Virus record (IMG/VR): IMGVR_UViG_2791355405_000002
Span: 1-64,000 of that record
Direction: 5' to 3' (one strand)
Source of the DNA: a virus
Lineage: Duplodnaviria > Caudoviricetes
DNA: 64,000 nucleotides
Each line of letters starts with the position of its first letter. Position 1 is the stretch's first letter. Under the pieces are notes generated by a model. That model worked only from the letters and a program-made list of their open reading frames with translations, did not search any database and was not told where the DNA came from. A program made the position numbers and the translations under genes. Positions 1-9,178 of the stretch are shown in pieces.

Positions 1-323
1 CCGGCACCGTTGACGGTCAGCTCCCGTGCGCTCGCGAGGTAGGCCACGCCGGTCGTGTTGATCTCACAGAAGTCGATGGTCAGCTGCATTCGCTTGAGGA
101 CGGGGTCGTCCTTCTGGTTCACGCACGGTGTGCCGTCCGCCGTCCTCTCGAAGAACTCCTCACCGTCCTCATACTGCGGCTCCATTTGCACCTGCACAAA
201 GCCCTTGGTCACGACGACCAGGGATCCGGTGCCGGTGACCGGATTGCCGCAGGCGTCCACGCGCACGATGCGGGCGTGTGTGCCCTTGATCGCGGTGGCG
301 GCCGAGGCCACGGTTGCTACCAC
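1..323 (-). CDS. Major tail protein, N-terminal part (runs off window)
   Basis: Manual translation MVATVASAATAIKGTHARIVRVDACGNPV...QYEDGEEFFERTADGTPCVNQ resembles cluster-B-like major tail proteins; lies directly downstream of the capsid genes. Confidence 0.7.
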   Translation of the reverse strand, partial: MVATVASAATAIKGTHARIVRVDACGNPVTGTGSLVVVTKGFVQVQMEPQYEDGEEFFERTADGTPCVNQKDDPVLKRMQLTIDFCEINTTGVAYLASARELTVNGA

Positions 324-332
324 TGTTCACCC

Positions 333-1217
333 CTAACTGGGTACGCCGAGAGTCATCAAGGCTGCGAGATGCGCGCACTCCCAGCCGAACAGGTACGTGC
401 GGGATGCCTGCTTGCGGACGGTGTTGGTGGACCGGTCGAACGTGCCCGGGAAGTCCCGCACCGCCACGTCCGAGCGGTAGCCGAACAGGGCGCCGGTGGC
501 ATAGATCCACGCAGACCCCGACGGCGGGACCGCGCCGTCGGGACCCGTCCCGGTGTACCCGGCCGCCGCGACGATCAGGTTCCCGCCGGGAGTCCGCAGC
601 ACTCCGTCGTCCTCGCGGACCAGGCTCCGGGCTTTCAGAGTGGCCAGGGCAGCCACCGGCACGTGCACCGCGCCGAGGCCGCCGTACTGCTCGGCGAGCG
701 CCCCGTCCAGGCGGCCGATCGCCACGGCGGCGTCGTCAGTCGCCGCCAGCACGGTGTCGGCGCCGGTCTGGAGCCGGATGCCCTGCGGGTCGTCCAGCGG
801 ATCGTCGGCGGCCAGGTGCGGCCACACGGTGGTCTGTCCGCCAGCTTGCCCGGTCCAGAACGCCCGACTGACCTGGAATGCCTCGCTGCGGGCGAGGGCC
901 TCGGCCGCCTGGTCCACGTCCGGCAGACCGATCAGCGAGCAGTCGAACGCGGCGTACACCGTGAACGCGGTCGCGCCCCGGTCCACACCGCTCGCCGTGG
1001 GTTCCAGCGGCGGCGCGGCCGGGACGGCCCCGTCCGTGCCGGTGACGGCGATGCACTCGTCCGCGTAGGTCGTCTGCGCTCCGCCGCACCAGTCCGTCCA
1101 GGTCACGCCCTGCTGCCAGTGCGGGCCCGGCTGGGCCGGGTGCTGTGCCGCGTCCCACAGGGCGTTGGGGAGCGCGACGAAGTCCGGCCCGTCGACTATG
1201 CCCCGGATACCGGCCAC
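333..1217 (-). CDS. Major capsid pentamer / capsid accessory protein
   Basis: 294 aa, HWQQGVTW, PFTVY-like and LRTPGGNLIV..GYTG motifs; follows the hexamer capsid gene as in cluster-B-like phages. Confidence 0.7.
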   Translation of the reverse strand: MAGIRGIVDGPDFVALPNALWDAAQHPAQPGPHWQQGVTWTDWCGGAQTTYADECIAVTGTDGAVPAAPPLEPTASGVDRGATAFTVYAAFDCSLIGLPDVDQAAEALARSEAFQVSRAFWTGQAGGQTTVWPHLAADDPLDDPQGIRLQTGADTVLAATDDAAVAIGRLDGALAEQYGGLGAVHVPVAALATLKARSLVREDDGVLRTPGGNLIVAAAGYTGTGPDGAVPPSGSAWIYATGALFGYRSDVAVRDFPGTFDRSTNTVRKQASRTYLFGWECAHLAALMTLGVPS

Positions 1218-1258
1218 GCGGTCACGCTCCCTTCACGTCCTGCTCGTTCACCGGCGGA

Positions 1259-3049
1259 TCAGATCTGCGCGGCTGCGGCAATACCGGCCGTGCCCGCACC
1301 GTTGACGTTGAAGGACGCCCGGTACAGGCGGGACTCGTGGCCCACCTTGGCGACCAGGTGCGCCTCCTCGGCCCACAGGGCCGTGTGGTCGTTCTCCGCG
1401 TTCAGTGCGCTGTCGCGGATGACGCCCAGGTCGAGCTGGAGCCCGTTGCCGTGCAGGAAGGTGCCGGCGGCGTACATCATCATGTCGACGCTGGTCGGCC
1501 AGGCCGTCATGTTCGCGGACGTCCGGCCGAACTGGCCCGTGCCGCGCACCTGCCAGTCGGAGACGAACTGCGGGCGTACGGCCCGATCGGTGAACCACGC
1601 GGTGATCTGCGCGTCCGAGACGCTCTCGCGCTCCACCGAAGTCCGCCAGGCGAGGTCCGCCCGGATGACGGCGAGGGTCCAGCGCGGCAGGACGATCTCC
1701 AGGACCGCGTCCTCGCGCATGGCGAACTTGGAGCGGTAGTCGATCGCCGCCAGCTCAACGCTGTTGAGGATCGTCTGCGTCGCCGGGGAGGTGCCGCCGA
1801 CGGCGATCGCCGACGTCGACCGGGCGACCATGAGGGAGATCAGCCGGGCGTTGATGACGTGCGCGTAGGCGGCACGCAGCAGCCGGATGAAGTTGGCCGT
1901 GGCCTCGGGGTACGCGTCGTCGGTCAGGTTACCGGCGGTCAGCGAGATGCCGTATGCCTCAAGCCGCGTCTCGTCGAACGTCGGGCACGGAACCCTCAGC
2001 GTGGGCTTGTTCACCGAGCCGGTGACGGTGGCGATGTCGTCGGCCTCGGTCCACAGCCACGGGTCGGAGGCGTTGGAGAACGTCACGCCGAAGCCGCCGA
2101 AGCCGCTCGCCGGGTTGGAGCCGGCGTTCTGGAAGAACACCTCACCGATGGACGGGGACACCGGGTAGCGGATGCCGCCACGGGAGACGCCGACGGTCGG
2201 CAGGTCGATCAAGCCCACCGGAGTGTCGGCGATGTTGAAGAAGTCGTAGGTGACCTCGCTCGGAGCGCACCAGCCACCTCCGGCGAGCAGAGCGTCCGCC
2301 TGGCCGCGCTGCTGCGTCATGGAGTGCCACAGCTCCTCCACCGTGGAGGCGGAGGTGCGGTCGTCCACCGTGTGCTCGAACTGGTTGCGCAGTGAGGCGA
2401 CGAGGTGACGCGGGGCGCCCCGGTCGCCGTACTGCGTGGTCGGCACGGCCTTCGCCTTGGAGCGGAAGGCCTCGCTCAGGGCCTCCAGCGTCGGCAGGCT
2501 CTGCCCGGCGCCGACGCCGGGGATGTCCACCGACGCGGTGATGGCGACAGTCGCCGTACCCGGGGCCTTGGCCTGCGGGGCGTGCTCGCGCACCTGGGAC
2601 AGGGAGGCCACACGCTTGCGGACAGCCTCGGGCCCCTGCTCGCCGAACAGGATGGAAGCGACGCCCTTGGCAGTGGCCTCGGTCAGCGCGGCGAGGTCAA
2701 CCCGTCCGCCGGCGGTGGTGACGGGGACGGTGCCCTCGCCCCCGTCACCGGCTGCGCCGTCCTCACCGACGTGCACGGACTGGCGCAGCAGCGCCATGCG
2801 CCGGGTCGCCTCCTGCTGGGCGGTGGCCTGCTCCTCCTCCGCGCGGACCGCGCGCACGCGCAGCTCGGCGCGGATGCGGTCCAGGTCGCGCGTCAGGCGC
2901 TCGCTGTAGGTGATGTGTTCGGGGGTGATGTGCTGAAGACCCGAGACGCGGTCGAACTCCGCGACGGCGTTGGTCTCCAGCTCGCGCAGCTCCGCCTCGC
3001 CCACCAGGGAGAGGTCGTCAGGTGCGGTGAAAAGCTCCGGCTCCGGCAC
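1259..3049 (-). CDS. Major capsid (hexamer) protein
   Basis: LLAGGGWCAPSEVTYDF motif, coiled-coil N-terminus; GTG start at 3049 with GGAGG RBS. Confidence 0.88.
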   Translation of the reverse strand: MPEPELFTAPDDLSLVGEAELRELETNAVAEFDRVSGLQHITPEHITYSERLTRDLDRIRAELRVRAVRAEEEQATAQQEATRRMALLRQSVHVGEDGAAGDGGEGTVPVTTAGGRVDLAALTEATAKGVASILFGEQGPEAVRKRVASLSQVREHAPQAKAPGTATVAITASVDIPGVGAGQSLPTLEALSEAFRSKAKAVPTTQYGDRGAPRHLVASLRNQFEHTVDDRTSASTVEELWHSMTQQRGQADALLAGGGWCAPSEVTYDFFNIADTPVGLIDLPTVGVSRGGIRYPVSPSIGEVFFQNAGSNPASGFGGFGVTFSNASDPWLWTEADDIATVTGSVNKPTLRVPCPTFDETRLEAYGISLTAGNLTDDAYPEATANFIRLLRAAYAHVINARLISLMVARSTSAIAVGGTSPATQTILNSVELAAIDYRSKFAMREDAVLEIVLPRWTLAVIRADLAWRTSVERESVSDAQITAWFTDRAVRPQFVSDWQVRGTGQFGRTSANMTAWPTSVDMMMYAAGTFLHGNGLQLDLGVIRDSALNAENDHTALWAEEAHLVAKVGHESRLYRASFNVNGAGTAGIAAAAQI

Positions 3050-3089
3050 TGAAACCTCCGTGGGAGTGGCCGAGATCAAGTCGGCGGGC

Positions 3090-3118
3090 AAGGTACACAC
3101 GAACGGCCGAATCGCCAA
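3090..3118 (-). promoter_or_regulatory. Putative late promoter TTGGCG-17-TACCTT for the capsid gene
   Basis: Member of a repeated class with 17-nt spacing (see findings). Confidence 0.55.
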
Positions 3119-3157
3119 AAGCCACACAGGCTCTGACGATCCGGCCGTCGGTGCTGG

Positions 3158-3220
3158 TCAGCCGCCGATCGGCGCCGGGGGTGGCGGCGGGGGCGGGGGC
3201 TGCTTGTTACAGCCGCACAT
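3158..3220 (-). CDS. 20-aa peptide MCGCNKQPPPPPPPPAPIGG
   Basis: ATG with GAGGAG RBS, between the protease and capsid genes; missed by the ORF track. Confidence 0.6.
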   Translation of the reverse strand: MCGCNKQPPPPPPPPAPIGG

Positions 3221-3225
3221 GTCGA

Positions 3226-6200
3226 TCACTCCTCTCCGTGGACTTTGCGGGACAGGGCGGTGAGGACGCGGCGGTAGGCCCACTGGTCCAGTTCGTCTTC
3301 GCTAAGGCCCTCGGAGAGCTGCGGAATACCCGCCGCGACGAGGGCGAGCTGCTGGCCGGACGTCAGATGCGTCTTCAACTTGGGTACCGGGAAACCCGGC
3401 ACGTTCACGGCGAGCAGGCCTACCAGGCGCAGGTTGCCGCCGATGCGGCGCCAGTCGCCGGAGACCTGGCCGGCCGCGCGCAGCTCGTGGATGCGCGACT
3501 CGGGCGTGCCGTGACGGATCGACCCGGCGACCCAGATGCCGTGCGCGTCGTTGCCCACGGCGACGTCCGCCACGGCGGCGCCGGTGTTGTCGTAGTGGTC
3601 GGCCGCCGCGCGGTAGCCGTAGGACAGCGGTGCGTGCCCGGTACCAACGGTGATCTGGCCGACGCCGACGGACGCGCCGTCCTCCGTCCACACGTTGCCG
3701 GTCATGAAGTAGGGGTGGGCCTCCTCGTGCGGCGGGGTGACGCAGACGCCCTCCTGCCCGATGTGGCACGTGCCCCACAGCGCGGCGTGCCCGTACACCC
3801 GGCCCTCCGGGGTGACGGTGATCCCGGTGGGGACCGACAGGCCCGGGTTGGAGAACCATCCGGCCGGCGGGCGCAGCGGGGCGTCCACCGTCAAGGTGCG
3901 AGCCCTCGGGACCCGCGTCTCACGTACCGCGCCGATGGGCTCGCCGCCCGCGACGACCGCGCCCTCCTCGTCGAGCAGTGCGATGTACGCCTCCGCGAAC
4001 GCGGGGATGTCTACGAGCGTCGCCGCGCGGATGCGGCCCTTGTTGAACACCACCTTCTCCGGGCTCGCGAACAGCATGTCGAACGGGTCAGGGCCCTCGC
4101 CGTCGGCGTCCGGGTCGGCGGGCCACACCAACTCCATGTCGGCGTCCTTGATGGAGTCGACATCCACGGACACGCCGCGCAGGAACTGGCCTTTGATCTT
4201 GCCGTGAACGGTGCGACCGTCCTCGGTGGACAGGTCCAGCACCCCCTCACCCATGACCAGGCCGCCGTCCTCGCGCCACACCTTGTCGATGCGGCCGACG
4301 TTGACTGCCACGGTGTGCGGCTCACCGCCGTGGCTGTCCTCCTTGTTCCAGCGCAGCGGCAGCGGCAGGTCAGCCCAGGTGAGCGCCTCGGGCTTGAACT
4401 CGCGGCCGTCCCCGGTCTCGATGCCCTCCACGGTGAGCGGGCCACGCCACGGCGCGGTCTCCCCAGCACCCATCTCACTGACCGGCGGACCCGCCACCTT
4501 CTCGGCGTCGGCCGCCGCGCCGTGCGCCAGGGTTTCCGGGCCGTGTTCGCCGCGCAGCGCCTGAGTGCTCCCGGCCGCCTGCTCAGGGATCGGCACGCAC
4601 TCGCCGCTGTCCTCGTCCAGCTCCATGCCGGGCGGGCACTGCTTCTCCTCGGCCGCAGCCTGGTTCTCCTTGAGCCGCTTGTCCTTCGGCGTGCCGGGGT
4701 TCGGCTCGCCCTTGCTCAGGGCCTCGTTCGTCTCGGTCGCGCTCGTCACGGTCTGGTCTCCCTCCGCCGCGTACAGCGCGGCCAGTTGATCGTCGGCGTC
4801 GCTCTCGTTCGCGTGGCAGCCGGACACCTCTCCGTCGGAGTCCTTCACCACCGCCCAGGGCTTGTCGTTCGGGCATTCCGAGTGTCCGTGGACCTTGTGC
4901 CAGGGCATGGCGTCGTCCTCCTTTGCCGGGTCTGCGCTTGCCGTGGTTGCGGACCTGCGGACCTCTTGCCAGACGGCGACGATGAAGCCCCGGCAGGCGT
5001 TGCCGTACCGGGCGCCGGTGCAGTCCCGGTAACCCATCACCGGGTACTCCGCCACGGCAGCGTCCAGCGTGGTGAATGTGCGGCCGTCGACGCCCTTGCA
5101 CGGCTCGCACGTGCGGCCGTCCAGGATCTCCGAGGCGACGTAGCTGGACGCGGGCGGTGCGGCGTCCATCACCGCGTTGCGCCCGGCGTTCTGCGCGGCC
5201 GTCATCGCCTGGCCCACGGCGGCTCGCACACTGGTGCCATCCACCGTGGCCAGTTCGCGGTCGACCTCGGCGGCTATCTGTGCGGGAGGCCGGTTCGAGC
5301 GCAGCAGCCCGGACAGCTTGCGCTTGGCAGCCGTCAGCAGCGCGCCGGACATCAGGTCGCTGGTGAGTTCCGCGACGGAGGCCAGCAGGCGCCGGCCGGC
5401 GAGCGCCGCTGTCACAGCGTCGTCCTCGTCGTCGGGCAGCGACCAGTCCGGCACCCGCACGCCCTGCGCTTCGGCTTCGCGCTGGCAGGCTCGGCCCGCC
5501 TTGACCGCGAACTCCTCCATGAGGCTGAGCAGCGTCCCGGCGGCGGCCTGCCGGTCCAGGGAGAGCTCCAGCAGCGAGTCCAGGTCGTCGTCAGCGAGGT
5601 CCCGGGTGATCTGCTGACGCAGGTCCAGGCGCCATGCGGCCGTCGTGGACGCGAGCGTCTGCACCGCCCGGTTTGTCGCGGTCTCCCACTCGCGGTGCAC
5701 CGAGGCGAAGTCGGCGCGCGAGGCCACCTCCAGCTCGGTCGGCTCCCGGCGCAGCGGCCCGGCGGCGGCTGTCACTGCCTCGCCGGTCAACGGGATGTCG
5801 TGGTCCTCGTCGCCGAAGCTGACCCGGATCCGGTCGAACGTCACGGGCCCCAGGCGCTGCTCCAACTCGGGGAGGAACGACGGATCACCGCTGTACGCCG
5901 CGCAGATATGGGCGACCCAGGGTGTGTGCGGATCAGGGACGTCCAGGGCCGTGGCCCACACGGCTTCCTCGGCCATCTCGTGGGCGGCCTCCAGGGACAC
6001 GCCGTCGGGCATGTCGCCCACGGACCACACCCAGGACGGTTCATCACCGTCGCCGTTCCAGTGCGCCGCCCCGAACACCTTGGACGTGATCGACGGCAGA
6101 TCCTGGCTGAGCATCCGCATCTCTTCCACCAGGGCCGCACGCGCGTCGGAGTCGTGCGCGTCGGTCTTGCCCAGATAGCGCAGCGTGCAGTGCAGCTCGT

Positions 6201-6342
6201 CAGCCGGCTCGCCGCCGGGTATCGCGAGGCGTTCAGCGTCCTCGGCCGTCGGCATGAGGGCGATCATGCAGCCCTGCGTGTGCGAGCCGTCGGCGGCGGC
6301 CGTCAGGACCGGCGGGTGCTGGTGGTCAGTGCGCGGGGGCAT
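3226..6342 (-). CDS. 2H phosphoesterase (2'-5' RNA ligase-like) + MuF-like + capsid maturation protease fusion
   Basis: HCTL and HIC 2H motifs at the N-terminus; LDGRTCEPC...CTG...NACRG MuF-like segment; TGDGREF...VSVD...ATLVDIPAF and VSGDWR protease motifs. Confidence 0.82.
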   Translation of the reverse strand: MPPRTDHQHPPVLTAAADGSHTQGCMIALMPTAEDAERLAIPGGEPADELHCTLRYLGKTDAHDSDARAALVEEMRMLSQDLPSITSKVFGAAHWNGDGDEPSWVWSVGDMPDGVSLEAAHEMAEEAVWATALDVPDPHTPWVAHICAAYSGDPSFLPELEQRLGPVTFDRIRVSFGDEDHDIPLTGEAVTAAAGPLRREPTELEVASRADFASVHREWETATNRAVQTLASTTAAWRLDLRQQITRDLADDDLDSLLELSLDRQAAAGTLLSLMEEFAVKAGRACQREAEAQGVRVPDWSLPDDEDDAVTAALAGRRLLASVAELTSDLMSGALLTAAKRKLSGLLRSNRPPAQIAAEVDRELATVDGTSVRAAVGQAMTAAQNAGRNAVMDAAPPASSYVASEILDGRTCEPCKGVDGRTFTTLDAAVAEYPVMGYRDCTGARYGNACRGFIVAVWQEVRRSATTASADPAKEDDAMPWHKVHGHSECPNDKPWAVVKDSDGEVSGCHANESDADDQLAALYAAEGDQTVTSATETNEALSKGEPNPGTPKDKRLKENQAAAEEKQCPPGMELDEDSGECVPIPEQAAGSTQALRGEHGPETLAHGAAADAEKVAGPPVSEMGAGETAPWRGPLTVEGIETGDGREFKPEALTWADLPLPLRWNKEDSHGGEPHTVAVNVGRIDKVWREDGGLVMGEGVLDLSTEDGRTVHGKIKGQFLRGVSVDVDSIKDADMELVWPADPDADGEGPDPFDMLFASPEKVVFNKGRIRAATLVDIPAFAEAYIALLDEEGAVVAGGEPIGAVRETRVPRARTLTVDAPLRPPAGWFSNPGLSVPTGITVTPEGRVYGHAALWGTCHIGQEGVCVTPPHEEAHPYFMTGNVWTEDGASVGVGQITVGTGHAPLSYGYRAAADHYDNTGAAVADVAVGNDAHGIWVAGSIRHGTPESRIHELRAAGQVSGDWRRIGGNLRLVGLLAVNVPGFPVPKLKTHLTSGQQLALVAAGIPQLSEGLSEDELDQWAYRRVLTALSRKVHGEE

Positions 6343-8173
6343 GGCCGTTCACCGCCCTCGGCACCAGCGACGTGGAGATCATGGCCGTGGTGTCCGCGTA
6401 GGGGCTGCGGCCGTCGAGCACCAGCCGACCGAAGGCGTCCAGGTGGCACAGGTACGTCCCGCTGCCTCCCGGCCGTACGGACGGAGCCGCCGTGGCGACC
6501 GCGTGCGTGAACGGGCATGAATACTCGTGTTCTCCGCACAGGGCCGGGTGGAGCAGGTCCCACCGGCCGGCCGCTCCGACCCGGAGCATGTGCTGGGTTC
6601 GGGCCTGCTGAACGAGGCGCTGCGCCCGTTCCGCCGTGGCGCGCTGCGGCTCGGGCGGTCCGGTCTGGTCCTGCGTCGCCGGCGGGGGTTCCTCGCCCGG
6701 GGCCGACCTCGCCGGCGCGGCTCCCTCGGCAGACTGTGACCCCTCGGGCGGCGGGGTGTCGCCTTGCTGCACGGCTTCGGCGGTGCCAGGGTCCTGCGGG
6801 GAGACCGGGACGATCTGCGGGACGTCCTCGCCGATGAGCTGCGCGAGGGCGGAGGCGGCGCCGGACGGCAGGGTCTTGATGATGACCTTCAGAGCCTGAA
6901 CCTTCAGCTCCTCATCGCTGGGCTTGTCGTCCTCGTCGAACCCCAGCTCCCGGCGGTACGCCGCGCCGGATATCTCCAGCCGGTCGTACGCCAGGGTCGC
7001 GTTGCCGCTGCGGTCCGGGCTCAGGGCCAGTTCGCTCATGTCGTACCAGACGACCCACGCCTCCGGGTCTTCGCCGGAGGCTTCCAACCGGGGCTGGAGG
7101 TAGCCGCGCGTGAGGGCGTCGCAGATCAGCTCGGCGATGGGGGCGATGTGCGTCTTGAGCCCGGATTCCTCCAACTGCCAGGCGCCCCAGTGGTTCACGT
7201 CGCCCATGCCCAGGAGGATCTCGGCCGGCATGTCCAGCTTGGTGGCGAGGCGCTTGATCGCGCTGTCCCGCCGTTCGATGACCTTGTCGTCGATCTTGAG
7301 GGTGAAGTCGACGTGCTTGACCTTCTCGATCGCCTCGGCCGGGCCGACCAGCGGGATGGGCACTACGGCGGAAGCCGTACCGGGGTTCTCGATGGCGGCG
7401 GCCGCAATGGCGATCCACTCCGCCATCAGGGGGTTGTCCTCCTCCTCGAACTCCTCGCGCACCGGGAACGACAGCTCGTCAGGCAGCAGCAGGAGGCCGG
7501 CGGAGGCGAGGCGGGACAGGTACTCGGCTGCGATCTTCCGGTTGACCAACTCCAGCTCCCGCATGACCTCCCGGGCGCTGCGGGCCGGGGAGTCGGCCAT
7601 GTGGAAGTAGCGGTCATGGGGCCGCCAGACACGGACGACGTGGTGCTCCGGGGCGAGGTCGCGCCAGTCCTGGCCGGTGACGGCGCTCTCCTCATCCATC
7701 ACCTGGTACTTGCCCGACTGCACGCGGATCTCGTCCACCGAGCGGACCTGCCAGCGCTCCCGTTTTCCGTCCTGCTCACCGACCAGGTAGCCCTCGCCCG
7801 GGAGGGAGAGCTGGACCGTGAGCCGCCTCATGATCTGCGACTGGCCGGCGACGCCCCCGCCGAACAGCATCATGAGGTCGGCAGCGGTGCCGCTGGTGAC
7901 AATCTCGGGCTCGTCGGTGTCCGGCTGGAGCCGGGCTGCGCGCAGACGCACCCGGGACAGCATGTTCGCCAGCCAGCCCACGCCGTAGTTGAACTCGCCG
8001 AGAGTGTCGTGGAAGCGCCAGACCTCGGCCTGCCACTTCTCGGTCTGGCGCAGGAACTTGGTCTCTGGGCCGGGCGGCTCAGCGGCGGCGGCCGTCAGCG
8101 CTTCGGGTGGTGTCTGCGGCAGCGGAGCAGGCCCCTGGGCCACGCGCCCCCGGAACACGTCGTACCACGGCAT
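6326..8173 (-). CDS. Portal protein
   Basis: LGEFNYGVGWLANMLSRVRL, VWRPH...DSPARS and NHWGAW motifs; ATG 8173 with GGAGGG RBS. Confidence 0.88.
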   Translation of the reverse strand: MPWYDVFRGRVAQGPAPLPQTPPEALTAAAAEPPGPETKFLRQTEKWQAEVWRFHDTLGEFNYGVGWLANMLSRVRLRAARLQPDTDEPEIVTSGTAADLMMLFGGGVAGQSQIMRRLTVQLSLPGEGYLVGEQDGKRERWQVRSVDEIRVQSGKYQVMDEESAVTGQDWRDLAPEHHVVRVWRPHDRYFHMADSPARSAREVMRELELVNRKIAAEYLSRLASAGLLLLPDELSFPVREEFEEEDNPLMAEWIAIAAAAIENPGTASAVVPIPLVGPAEAIEKVKHVDFTLKIDDKVIERRDSAIKRLATKLDMPAEILLGMGDVNHWGAWQLEESGLKTHIAPIAELICDALTRGYLQPRLEASGEDPEAWVVWYDMSELALSPDRSGNATLAYDRLEISGAAYRRELGFDEDDKPSDEELKVQALKVIIKTLPSGAASALAQLIGEDVPQIVPVSPQDPGTAEAVQQGDTPPPEGSQSAEGAAPARSAPGEEPPPATQDQTGPPEPQRATAERAQRLVQQARTQHMLRVGAAGRWDLLHPALCGEHEYSCPFTHAVATAAPSVRPGGSGTYLCHLDAFGRLVLDGRSPYADTTAMISTSLVPRAVNGHAPAH

Positions 8174-8201
8174 ACAGCCCTCCCCGGCTCGGATCGGGGG
8201 C

Positions 8202-8230
8202 ATGGTAGCCGCGATCATCCGAATGACCGT
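8202..8230 (-). promoter_or_regulatory. Putative late promoter ACGGTC-17-TACCAT for the portal gene
   Basis: Same spacing and TACCNT -10 as other members of the class. Confidence 0.45.
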
Positions 8231-8246
8231 TTTCACGGCATACCGG

Positions 8247-8978
8247 CTACGGGCGGCCAGGGTGGTACTGCTTGCCGGGGCCGCGCCGCCGGTTGTCGCG
8301 CTGCTCTTGCAACTCGCCGAAGCTGGCCAAGCCCTGACGCTTGCGCAAGTGGCGGATGTTGTTGGCGGGGATGCCGACCTTGGGAGGGCCGTAGATGGCC
8401 AGCAGGTCGGACTCCTCTTGCGAGGTGTAGCCGGCGGCCTTCATTGCCTCCTCGTCGGTGAAGACGTCGGCGTGCCGGTCGTGTTCGCGGTCGACGAGGT
8501 GATCCTGCTTGCCGCCGAGGGAGTAGCACCAATGGAAGTTCACCGGCGGGTCCGGTTCCACCAGCTCCTTGAACAGCGCGACTTCCTTGGTGTACGCGTA
8601 GAAGGTCGCGGCGGGCACCACGCGGATGATGCGCAGCCAGGCATCCAGGTACTCACGGCTGAGGAAGTCCCCGCTGTCGTGGATGCGGACGTGGCAGCCC
8701 CGGTAGCGCGGGTGGTTCAGCTCCGACTCCATCCTCCACTCCCAGCCGCGCAGGTCGTCCAGGATCATCGTGAGGTTGCGCTCGTGCGCGGCGAGGACGC
8801 CGGAGAAGCGGTAGGTCCCTGACCTGGCGTAACACAACTTGGCGCAGGAGCTGGCCGAGGGGCACGTGTTGTACGTCCGGCCGTCGGGCAGCCGGCCCGC
8901 CCACGCGGGCAGAGACCAGTTGTAGATGTCCTCGCGGCGCAGCTCGCTGTTCTGGCGGAGCAGCCATTCCCGGGGCAT
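8247..8978 (-). CDS. GP88-family phage protein (Cys cluster)
   Basis: CPSASSCAKLCYA, VRIHDSGDF and FYAYTKE motifs. Confidence 0.75.
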   Translation of the reverse strand: MPREWLLRQNSELRREDIYNWSLPAWAGRLPDGRTYNTCPSASSCAKLCYARSGTYRFSGVLAAHERNLTMILDDLRGWEWRMESELNHPRYRGCHVRIHDSGDFLSREYLDAWLRIIRVVPAATFYAYTKEVALFKELVEPDPPVNFHWCYSLGGKQDHLVDREHDRHADVFTDEEAMKAAGYTSQEESDLLAIYGPPKVGIPANNIRHLRKRQGLASFGELQEQRDNRRRGPGKQYHPGRP

Positions 8979-9124
8979 CCGCGTCTCCCCTCAGCAGCCG
9001 TTCGCGCGTGAGCCCCGCTGGCCACCACACCGGCGGGGCTCACGCATCCCTGTGCACCCTGACCCGAGGAAGTCGGATGAACGCGGGGCACTGTACGTCG
9101 AAAGGTTGATTCCGCCTACTCACA

Positions 9125-9157
9125 CACGAAGGCCCCGGAGCATCACGCTCCGGGGCC
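9125..9157 (-). terminator. Hairpin terminator; direct-repeat copy 1 flanking the RiPP cassette
   Basis: GGCCCCGGAG-CATCACG-CTCCGGGGCC stem downstream of the ATP-grasp gene. Confidence 0.7.
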
Positions 9158-9178
9158 CGGTGAGGGTAGCGATGCTGC

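Noticed and set aside
3151-6510. Long plus-strand ORFs (also 31148-33088, 33224-34957; and minus-strand 49337-51724, 37370-39019)
   Set aside because: Antisense shadows of real genes, expected in high-GC DNA
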